Shown piece by piece: positions 34,415-42,130 of a stretch of 54,707 nucleotides of DNA. Position 1 is the stretch's first letter. Every line of letters begins with the position of its first letter. The notes beneath the pieces were generated by a model, which searched no databases, was not told the DNA's origin, and saw only the letters and a list, made by a program, of their open reading frames with translations. The stretch spans positions 5,476 through 60,182 of the forward strand of contig CAZOZF010000003.1 of NCBI GenBank assembly GCA_964584205.1, read 5' to 3'. The stretch is from an uncultured Verrucomicrobiota bacterium (GTDB lineage: Bacteria; Verrucomicrobiota; Kiritimatiellia; CAIKKV01; CAITUY01). Made by a program: the position numbers and the translations under genes.

Positions 34415-36778
34415 ATGGAGACAGGACACAGCGACATCATCATGGATCCGGTCCATGAAACCACCTGCTTGAAATGCCATCACCTGATGGACGTCTCCGG
34501 TCTTGCCGCGTTTGTTGAAATCGCCTGTCCCGAGTGCGGAACGACACAGCATGTTCCCGCGAAAATGGGGGCATTCCTGCTGGTTGACCTGTTGGGCAAG
34601 GGGGGGATGGGGGCCGTCTATCGCGGGCGGGATACCGGGCTGGATCGCTGGGTGGCGATCAAGGTCATGCAATCTTCCTTCGGGGGGAATCCCGAATTCG
34701 TGGAAACATTCCGGCGGGAAGCCCAGGCGGCGGCCGCGTTGAATCATCCCAATATCGTCCAGATTTACTCGTTCGGGGTATCCCACGGCCAGCCCTACAT
34801 GGTGATGGAGCTTTTGGAAGGCGGGCGGATGGATCAGATGATTGCCGGGGGCGAACTTCTGAATGAAGCCCTGGTGCTCAAGATGGCGTTGGATGTGGCG
34901 GAGGGGTTGAATGCCGCTGCGGCCATCAATCTGATTCATGGCGATGTCAAGCCGGAGAACATCCTGCTGGACAACAATGGAATTGCCAAGGTGGTGGATT
35001 TTGGTCTGGCGCGGTTCAAGGAAAGTAGTGAAGGCGGAGCCGCAAAGGGAATCTGGGGCACGCCCTATTATATTGCACCCGAAAAACTCAGGGGCCATGT
35101 GTCCGATGCCCGCTCCGATATTTACAGTTTGGGTGGAACCTTGTTTCATGCCCTGACCTTGCAGCCCCCGTTTGACGGGGCCACCCCGATGGATGTGGTC
35201 AAGGCGCGGCTTAAAAGTCCCGCGCCGCGCCTGAGTTCATTGCGCCCGTTTGTCAATCCCGAGCTTGAGGCCCTGGTCGGGCGTATGCTCGAGGCGGATC
35301 CCCTGCGGCGTTATCCGAATTATGCGTCAGTCGTGGCGGATATGAGAAGAATTCTTCCCTCCTTGAAGCCTCCGGCGGTGGAGTCCCACGGTCAGCTGTC
35401 GAAAAAAGGCGGAAAAATCATTTTAGCCAAGAAGAAGGGGGCGGCTTTTGTCAGTGCCCCCCCCTCCGTGTCAGACGAGGTGCCAGTGGCCCCTTTGAAT
35501 AGTTCGGTGAAAGCGGATGCGGTTAAGCGCCCGCGCTCATTCCGTAAGGTGAAAATCGCCGTGGGAGTGGTGCTGGGGGTTTTGATTTTGGCGGGACTGA
35601 TCGCAGGGTATGTGGCCAGTCAGAAAAAGCAGGCGGCCGAAGACAAGGAAAAGGCGCTGGCCGCCCAATACCGGAAAAAGGCCGGCCAGATTCTGGCTGA
35701 TCTGCAAGGGATTTCGGGGGATGTGTCGAATTACACCGTTCGGGCCGACGGGTGGCTTTCCAACGCCACAGCGGTGGTGACGTTGATGACGACTGGGGCG
35801 GTGATCTCTCTGGAATCGGACAGGACCAATGTACTGGCGGATCTGGAGTTGGTGCAGCACTATGCCACCGGGACGCTGGCTTTTGTAGTCTCCGAACTGA
35901 AAGGGCTTTCCGACCTGGTGAGCTCCAACAGGACGACGATGCTGTCCCTTTCGAATTCAGTGAGTATTCATGAAAAATTGATGGGGTTGACGAATGTTCC
36001 GGTGAGATGTTCCGAGCTGGTTCAATCCATTTCCGAAGGAACCGACAAGGCTCGGAAAGCAGTGGACCGCTTCGAGATCCTGAAAAAGAAACTTGAGCGA
36101 GAATTGGTGGCGGGCCGGGCGGCTGCGGAACGGGCTGCCCTTGAAAAGGCCGAGGCGGATAAGATCGAGGCGGAGCGGCTCGCGAAGGAACAGGTGGAGG
36201 CGGCGAAAAAAGCAGGAATCCAGGCTGAGCTTGACCTGATTGACGCCACCCGGAAAGAAGCCGGACTTCTGATACAACAGCATCTGTTCAAGGAGGCGCA
36301 AGTCAAGATCGAGCAGTGCGTGAAGAGCCTGAAGACGGATGAGGGCAAGGCCGCCGGTAAGCAGGCGGTCAAGGCCTACCAATTTTTGGCCGAGCTCAAA
36401 ACACTGATTATTGAAGGCGTCAAGGCTGATGTGGCAAGCAATCCCGGCAGTGGTTATGCCTTTGGCTGGTTGGGCGCCAAGGATATTCTGGGAGCAGACG
36501 CCGAGAAGATCATGATCCGGGGCGGGCAGGTTCCCTGGATCACGCTGCCGCCCGCGCAGATGATGCGTTTTGTGCAACGCTATGTTGAGAACGGGGATCT
36601 GACCAAACGTGAAAAAGCCCAGTATTATTTTGCAGTGGCCTTGTATATTTATGAGGCGACCGGGCGGAACGAGAAGCATCGGGCCCAGGCGGCCAAGTAC
36701 CTGAACGAGGCGGTCCGATTCCATTCCAGCATTGAAGACCTCGCCAAGACCGTCCTTCCTGACTTGGAATTAAAATAA
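34415..36778 (+). CDS. Transmembrane Ser/Thr protein kinase with an N-terminal zinc ribbon and a long coiled-coil C-terminal region
   Basis: Start at ATG 34415 (METGHSD...) or ATG 34358. The zinc ribbon is CLKCHH...CPECG. Kinase motifs are GKGGMGAVY, VAIKVM, HGDVKPENILLD, DFGLAR and GTPYYIAPE. A TM segment (IAVGVVLGVLILAGLIAGYVA) is followed by about 370 aa that include AAAERAALEKAEADKIEAERLAKEQVEAAKKAG. Confidence 0.88.
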   Translation: METGHSDIIMDPVHETTCLKCHHLMDVSGLAAFVEIACPECGTTQHVPAKMGAFLLVDLLGKGGMGAVYRGRDTGLDRWVAIKVMQSSFGGNPEFVETFRREAQAAAALNHPNIVQIYSFGVSHGQPYMVMELLEGGRMDQMIAGGELLNEALVLKMALDVAEGLNAAAAINLIHGDVKPENILLDNNGIAKVVDFGLARFKESSEGGAAKGIWGTPYYIAPEKLRGHVSDARSDIYSLGGTLFHALTLQPPFDGATPMDVVKARLKSPAPRLSSLRPFVNPELEALVGRMLEADPLRRYPNYASVVADMRRILPSLKPPAVESHGQLSKKGGKIILAKKKGAAFVSAPPSVSDEVPVAPLNSSVKADAVKRPRSFRKVKIAVGVVLGVLILAGLIAGYVASQKKQAAEDKEKALAAQYRKKAGQILADLQGISGDVSNYTVRADGWLSNATAVVTLMTTGAVISLESDRTNVLADLELVQHYATGTLAFVVSELKGLSDLVSSNRTTMLSLSNSVSIHEKLMGLTNVPVRCSELVQSISEGTDKARKAVDRFEILKKKLERELVAGRAAAERAALEKAEADKIEAERLAKEQVEAAKKAGIQAELDLIDATRKEAGLLIQQHLFKEAQVKIEQCVKSLKTDEGKAAGKQAVKAYQFLAELKTLIIEGVKADVASNPGSGYAFGWLGAKDILGADAEKIMIRGGQVPWITLPPAQMMRFVQRYVENGDLTKREKAQYYFAVALYIYEATGRNEKHRAQAAKYLNEAVRFHSSIEDLAKTVLPDLELK

Positions 36779-36792
36779 ATGGAGAGCGAAGG

Positions 36793-38130
36793 ATGAACAC
36801 GGCGAGGCTGAACAGCTTGAATGTGGCGGAACGGTTGGCGGCGGTACGGGAACTGGGCGACTCGGTAAAGCAGGGCGTGACGCTCACCGATGAAGTCAAC
36901 AACCACGTCCATACCATTTATTCGTTCAGTCCCTATACCCCCGTCATGGCGGCGGTGAAGGCCGCGCAGGCCGGCCTTCAGGCGGTGGGGATCATGGATC
37001 ATGACTCGGTTTCCGGGTGCGCCGAAATGCTTGAGGCCTGCAAAGCCATCAATATCGCCTCCACCGCCGGGTTTGAAATGCGGGTGGATATGACCGGCAC
37101 GGTCGTTGAGGGACGGAAGACCAATAACCCCGATACCCTGAACAACAGCTATATGGCCGTCCATGGCATTCCCGCCACACAGTTCGGCGCGGCCCGGGAC
37201 TTTCTGCGGCCCATGAACGAGGCCCGCATCGGGCGTAATCGCCTGCAGGTGGACCGTCTTAATGGAATTCTCGGTGAAGTCGGGATGGCGCCTCTGGAGT
37301 TTGACCGGGATGTGGCGGCTCTTTCACAGGCGGCAGCGGGGGGGTCTATTACAGAACGGCACATTCTTTATGCGCTGTCGCTGAAATTGATCGAGGCGCA
37401 TGGCAAGGGATTGGCCCTGATCCGGTTTGTCCGGGAGAAGTTGGACACCGAGGTTCCGGTCAAGCTGGAGAGTGTCCTTCTGGATCCCGCCAATCCCCAC
37501 TACGCCTATGATCTTCTGGGCTTGTTCAAGGCCTCTCTGGTTCCCCGTATGTTCGTTCAGCCCGGCAGCCGGGAATGCATTCCGATTGTGAAGGCCGTTC
37601 AATTCGCCAATGATATCGGCGCCATTCCCGCCTATGCTTATCTGGGAGATGTCGGCGAGTCCCCGACCGGGGACAAAAAGGCGGAGAAGTTTGAGGATGA
37701 TTATCTGGATACGCTGGTGCCTGAATTGAAGCGGATCGGGTTCAAGGCCATCACCTATATGCCGCCCCGGAACACGCTGGCTCAATTACTCCGGCTTCAG
37801 GCACTTTGCGCGAAAAATGAGCTGATGGAAATCAGCGGGGTGGATATCAACAGTTCGCGCCAGACCTTCAGTTGCCCCATCATCATGACGCCTCCGTTCC
37901 GACATCTGACTGAATCGACCTGGGCGTTGATTGCTCATGAGAAACTGGCAACGGTCAATCCCGACCTGTCGCTCTTCAGTTCCCGCAACCCGATGAACGC
38001 CTTATCCCTCTCCGAGCGGCTTGCGCGATATGCCGTTGTGGGGCGGACGATTGATAACCGTCATCCCGAACGCGTGATGGCCCCGGGAAAAGGGTCATCC
38101 GGTAAGGTGGCGGGGATGGACGCGTTCTGA
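36793..38130 (+). CDS. PHP (polymerase/histidinol-phosphatase) domain metal-dependent hydrolase, function unknown
   Basis: 445 aa with the N-terminal PHP signature NNHVHTIYSFSPY...AVGIMDHDSVSG. An SD-like GGAGAGCGAAGG precedes the ATG. Confidence 0.7.
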   Translation: MNTARLNSLNVAERLAAVRELGDSVKQGVTLTDEVNNHVHTIYSFSPYTPVMAAVKAAQAGLQAVGIMDHDSVSGCAEMLEACKAINIASTAGFEMRVDMTGTVVEGRKTNNPDTLNNSYMAVHGIPATQFGAARDFLRPMNEARIGRNRLQVDRLNGILGEVGMAPLEFDRDVAALSQAAAGGSITERHILYALSLKLIEAHGKGLALIRFVREKLDTEVPVKLESVLLDPANPHYAYDLLGLFKASLVPRMFVQPGSRECIPIVKAVQFANDIGAIPAYAYLGDVGESPTGDKKAEKFEDDYLDTLVPELKRIGFKAITYMPPRNTLAQLLRLQALCAKNELMEISGVDINSSRQTFSCPIIMTPPFRHLTESTWALIAHEKLATVNPDLSLFSSRNPMNALSLSERLARYAVVGRTIDNRHPERVMAPGKGSSGKVAGMDAF

Positions 38131-38166
38131 TCGGTGCGTAATTTAATTTCAGAAAGGTGGACGGAC

Positions 38167-39423
38167 ATGGCGACACAGGATTTCAAGGCGGCGTATAAAA
38201 CCATTATGGATGATCATTTTCCGCCCCGGATGGAGATCAGTTTTATCGAGGAGAACGGGCAGCGGCAGACCCTGGGGTATGAAAAGCAGGCATGGCTGAT
38301 TGACGGGGTCCGGAAGGGGTTGCGGTATGGCGAGAATCCCGGCCAGGAGGCAGCGCTCTACAAGCGGGTGGGCGGAAATTTAGTCCTGGGGGATGTCGCC
38401 TGCATTCAGCCAGGCCGGCATCTGGCCTCGGATGTGGAGTTGCTTCAATCCGGAAAGCATCCCGGGAAAACCAATATCACCGATGCGGACAACGCTCTGA
38501 ACATCCTGCGCTACTTGATGGATGAACCCTGTGCCGTGATCGTTAAGCACAACAATCCCTGCGGGGCGGCCCGGGCGACTTCCCTTGCGGAGGCGTATCG
38601 CAAGGCCAACATGGCGGACCGGGTGGCGGCGTTTGGAGGGGCGATTGCCTTGAATCGGGAGGTGGATCGCGACACAGCGGCCCTGATTATAGAGAATTAT
38701 GCCGAGGTGGTTGTGGCGCCCGAATTCGGACCGGGCGTCATGGAGCTGTTTGCCAAAAAGAAAAACCTGCGGGTGATGCGGATCGGCAACATGGCCCGGT
38801 TGAGTGAATTTGCCGGCGACGTGGTGGTGGATATGAAATCCCTCATGGACGGCGGGCTTGTTGTTCAGACCTCCTTTGTTCCCCAAACGAAAACCCGGAC
38901 GGATTTGGTGCCCGCCCAGGCGGTTTTCAAGGGCCGGGAATACCGGATCAACCGGATGCCTTCGGAACAGGAATACTCGGATCTGCTTTTCGGATGGCTC
39001 GTGGAGTGCGGCGTCATCAGTAACTCGGTGCTCTATGTCAAGGACGGGGTGACCGTCAGCATTGGCGCCGGGGGGCAGGATCGGGTGGGAATGGCCCAGT
39101 ATGCCCGCGACAAGGCGTATCGTAATTATTCAGACCGGATTTGCTGGGAGCGCCATGGCATTCCTTATAACACCCTTGCCGATGAAGCACAGCGCCGGAA
39201 GATTGATGAGGAGACGGTCGCGCTGAAGGGCGGCTTGGCGGGGGCCTGTATGGTTTCAGACGCCTTTTTCCCGTTCCGGGACGGCGTGGAGGTGGGGCTT
39301 CGTGAGGGAATCACCGCCGTGATTCAGCCGGGCGGCTCCGAGCGCGATTATGAAGTCATCGAAGCCTGCAATGAAACGGGTGCGGCAATGGTGTTTACGG
39401 GGCAACGGTGCTTCAAGCATTAA
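38167..39423 (+). CDS. purH: AICAR formyltransferase-only PurH homologue (no IMP cyclohydrolase/MGS domain)
   Basis: Track ORF 38134 starts at GTG. I prefer ATG 38167, which follows AAAGGTGG. AICARFT motifs LRYGENPGQEAALY, IVKHNNPCGAA and IQPGGSERD are present. The protein starts only about 60 aa before the LRYGENP motif, so the N-terminal IMPCH domain of about 200 aa found in canonical PurH is absent. Confidence 0.85.
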   Translation: MATQDFKAAYKTIMDDHFPPRMEISFIEENGQRQTLGYEKQAWLIDGVRKGLRYGENPGQEAALYKRVGGNLVLGDVACIQPGRHLASDVELLQSGKHPGKTNITDADNALNILRYLMDEPCAVIVKHNNPCGAARATSLAEAYRKANMADRVAAFGGAIALNREVDRDTAALIIENYAEVVVAPEFGPGVMELFAKKKNLRVMRIGNMARLSEFAGDVVVDMKSLMDGGLVVQTSFVPQTKTRTDLVPAQAVFKGREYRINRMPSEQEYSDLLFGWLVECGVISNSVLYVKDGVTVSIGAGGQDRVGMAQYARDKAYRNYSDRICWERHGIPYNTLADEAQRRKIDEETVALKGGLAGACMVSDAFFPFRDGVEVGLREGITAVIQPGGSERDYEVIEACNETGAAMVFTGQRCFKH

Positions 39424-39431
39424 GAGTGATA

Positions 39432-39565
39432 GGCTAAAGGGGGAAGGCTGAAGACTGAAGGTAAAATAGGAATCGATAAACCCGGGATTATCGCATGACA
39501 TCACGTGCTATCCGCCTTCCCCCTTCGGTCTTCCCCCTTCAGTCTTTAGTCTTTAGCCTTCAGTC
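39432..39565. repeat. Inverted heptamer arrays (GGCTAAA/GGGGGAA/GGCTGAA/GACTGAA versus their complements) forming an imperfect hairpin
   Basis: The left arm 39432-39461 reads ggctaaa gggggaa ggctgaa gactgaa gg. The right arm 39512-39565 reads ccgcc ttccccc ttcggtc ttccccc ttcagtc tttagtc tttagcc ttcagtc. The loop is about 50 nt. The element lies in the 228-bp gap between the purH-like gene and ilvE. Confidence 0.75.
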
Positions 39566-39582
39566 GCAGTGAAACGAATGAT

Positions 39583-39606
39583 AGCCCGAAGGGGGGGGCT
39601 TTTGTT
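39583..39606 (+). terminator. Weak rho-independent-terminator-like hairpin after the purH-like gene
   Basis: agccc-gaaggggg-gggct followed by tttgtt. The stem is only 5 bp and the T-run is interrupted. Confidence 0.3.
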
Positions 39607-39651
39607 AAAATTAGCTGCTGAAAAAATGAATCCGGCAAAGTGAGGAGAAAT

Positions 39652-40521
39652 ATGAAGATCTATTTAAATGGCAAATTGGTTCCTGAAAAGGATGCCAAGG
39701 TTTCTGTTTTTGACCATGGACTGCTTTATGGAGACGGCGTTTTTGAGGGAATCCGTTCCTATAACGGGCGTGTTTTCATGCTGGATGAGCATGTCGAACG
39801 GCTGTTCCGCTCCGCAAAAGCCATTGACCTGAAGATTCCCCTGACCCGGGAAGGAGTTGCCAGGGCGGTTGTGCGAACCTGTCTGGCCAACCGTGTCATG
39901 GATGGATATGTCCGGTTGATTGTTACCCGGGGGGTGGGCTCGCTGGGGTTGAATCCCTACAATTGTGCCAAGCCTCAGGTTATTGTGATTGCTGGAACGA
40001 TCCAGTTATATCCCAAGAAGCTGTACGATGAGGGGTTGTCCATTGTCACGGTGGGAACGATCCGGAACCATACCGAGTCGATCAATCCCCAGATCAAGAG
40101 CCTGAACTACCTGAACAATGTGTTGGCCAAGATTGAAGCCATTAACTCCGGTTGCCTGGAGGCGGTGATGTTGAATCCGCAGGGGTTTGTGGCGGAGGCC
40201 ACGGGCGACAATATCTTTGTGGTTCGTGGAAACACCCTGCTCACGCCGCCCGCCTGGTGCGGGACGCTGGAGGGAATTACGCGGAATGTGGTGATGCGGC
40301 TTGCCGCCGAATCCGGCATGACGGTTCGGGAGGAGGTGCTGACGCGGTATGAGCTCTACACGGCGGATGAGGTGTTCCTGACGGGAACCGCTGCGGAAGT
40401 GATCCCGGTGGTCACGATTGACCGGCGCAGTATCGGCGCCGGAAAACCTGGAAAGGCCACCCGCAAGTTGGCCTCCGCATTCCATCGCTTTGCGTCTTCA
40501 AGCGGCACGCCGATCAAGTAA
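39652..40521 (+). CDS. ilvE: Branched-chain amino acid aminotransferase (class IV PLP enzyme)
   Basis: Track ORF 39640 starts at GTG. I prefer ATG 39652, which follows GAGGAG. Motifs include VSVFDHGLLYGDGVFEGIRSYNG and the catalytic-Lys region PQIKSLNYLNNVLAK. Confidence 0.9.
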   Translation: MKIYLNGKLVPEKDAKVSVFDHGLLYGDGVFEGIRSYNGRVFMLDEHVERLFRSAKAIDLKIPLTREGVARAVVRTCLANRVMDGYVRLIVTRGVGSLGLNPYNCAKPQVIVIAGTIQLYPKKLYDEGLSIVTVGTIRNHTESINPQIKSLNYLNNVLAKIEAINSGCLEAVMLNPQGFVAEATGDNIFVVRGNTLLTPPAWCGTLEGITRNVVMRLAAESGMTVREEVLTRYELYTADEVFLTGTAAEVIPVVTIDRRSIGAGKPGKATRKLASAFHRFASSSGTPIK

Positions 40522-40535
40522 GGCCGGGAGGTCGC

Positions 40536-41033
40536 ATGCAGTGCGAACATTGTCAGCAGCATGAGGCGACTATTCACCTCACCCAGATGATGGAGGGGCA
40601 GTCCCGGGAACTTCATCTCTGTGAGGAGTGCGCCGAGGAAAGCGGCTTGAATGTGCAGAGCGTCATGTCGATCCCGGAAATCCTTTTCGGGATGGGCACT
40701 TCCGGGGAGGCGGACTCGGGCGAGGGAGCCCTCTCTGGGAAAAGTTGCCCCCAGTGTCATATGAGGGGCTGTGATTTCAAGAAAACAGGCCGCCTCGGCT
40801 GCCCGTCCTGCTATGAGACCTTTTCAGCCGAATTAGGCCCCATGCTGGCGGCCATGCATAAGGGGGGGCGGCATACCGGAAAAGCGCCCGAGTCCCAAAG
40901 CCGGGGATTGGAAAAGGAAGCCCGTCTTGCGCAACTCCGGAAGCAGCTTCAGGCGGCTATCCGGAACGAACACTACGAGGAGGCGGCCCTGTTGCGGGAT
41001 CAGATCCGGGAGGCCGGGCATGACCCTCAATGA
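40536..41033 (+). CDS. mcsA: McsA-like protein arginine kinase activator (zinc fingers plus UVR motif)
   Basis: 165 aa with MQCEHCQQHEATIHLTQ...LHLCEECA, a second Cys pair CPQCH...CPSCY, and a C-terminal UVR-like EHYEEAALLRDQIRE. Confidence 0.85.
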   Translation: MQCEHCQQHEATIHLTQMMEGQSRELHLCEECAEESGLNVQSVMSIPEILFGMGTSGEADSGEGALSGKSCPQCHMRGCDFKKTGRLGCPSCYETFSAELGPMLAAMHKGGRHTGKAPESQSRGLEKEARLAQLRKQLQAAIRNEHYEEAALLRDQIREAGHDPQ

Positions 41034-42096
41034 CCTGATTCACAATCCGGGCTCCTGGCTGGCTTCCGGCCCGGACGCTGGAGGGGGGGCTTTTCCGGGC
41101 ATCATTGTCAGCAGCCGGATCCGGCTGGCCCGGAACCTTGAGGGAGTGGCCTTTCCGGGCTGGGCTGGAGAGGATGAATGCACCCGGATTCAGGGCCGGG
41201 TGTCGGGAATTCTTCAGTCACTGCCGTCTTTAACGCCTTGCCTGGCGTTGGAGATGGAGGCGCTTTCGCCCGTTGACCGGGAGTTTCTCCGCGAACGGCA
41301 CCTGATCAGTAACGACCTTGCCCTGAAATCACGGGGGAGCGGGGTTGTGATCCGCCAGGACGAGGTGTTGAGCGTGATGATCAACGAGGAGGATCATCTT
41401 CGCCTGCAGGCCTTGCGGCCGGGGTTTCAATTGCCGGAACTCTGGAAGGAAATCAGCGCGTTGGACTCCGAGCTGGAGAAGCCGCTTCGATACGCCTTTT
41501 CAGCCGAGCTGGGATATCTGACCGCCTGCCCGACGAATGTGGGAACCGGGCTCCGGGCGAGCGTCATGATTCATGCGCCGGGCCTCCGGTTGATCAACGA
41601 AATTGAGCCGATTACCAAGGGATTGACCAAGATCGGGCTGGCGGTCAGGGGGCTTCAGGGGGAAGGCACCGAGGCATCGGGCAATATGTACCAGATTTCG
41701 AACCAGACGACCCTGGGAGAGACGGAGCCGGTGATTATTGAGCGGTTGATCCAGATTGTGGGCGAAGTGGCCCATCATGAGGCCAATGCCCGGGCGAGGT
41801 TGCGTGAACATCGCGAAGCGACTGTGGCGGATTATGTGGGGCGTGCTTACGGGGTGTTGTCACATGCCCGGGTTTTAACCTCCCAGGAAGCCCTGGATAT
41901 GTTGTCCGCATTGCGTTTGGGGTGCGAGCTTGGTATGATAAAAGGTCTTGATATGGACAGCGTCAACCGGTTGACGTTGTTTTCGCTGCCGGGGCACCTC
42001 CAGAAATCGGAGGGGCATCCGATTCCGCCCGATGAGCGGGATCAGGCGCGTGCCCGGCTGATCCGGGAAATTGTATGCCGGGCAACGGTGATATGA
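41020..42096 (+). CDS. mcsB: Protein arginine kinase (ATP:guanido phosphotransferase family)
   Basis: Track ORF 40927..42096. I prefer ATG 41020 (MTLNDLIHNPGSWLA), which overlaps mcsA by 14 nt. Motifs include SSRIRLARNL, INEEDHLRLQ, CPTNVGTGLRASVM and RGLQGEGTEA. Confidence 0.9.
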   Translation: MTLNDLIHNPGSWLASGPDAGGGAFPGIIVSSRIRLARNLEGVAFPGWAGEDECTRIQGRVSGILQSLPSLTPCLALEMEALSPVDREFLRERHLISNDLALKSRGSGVVIRQDEVLSVMINEEDHLRLQALRPGFQLPELWKEISALDSELEKPLRYAFSAELGYLTACPTNVGTGLRASVMIHAPGLRLINEIEPITKGLTKIGLAVRGLQGEGTEASGNMYQISNQTTLGETEPVIIERLIQIVGEVAHHEANARARLREHREATVADYVGRAYGVLSHARVLTSQEALDMLSALRLGCELGMIKGLDMDSVNRLTLFSLPGHLQKSEGHPIPPDERDQARARLIREIVCRATVI

Positions 42097-42130
42097 CGTG
42101 ACGGGATGATGAGAGCAGGAGGGTGGGGTT

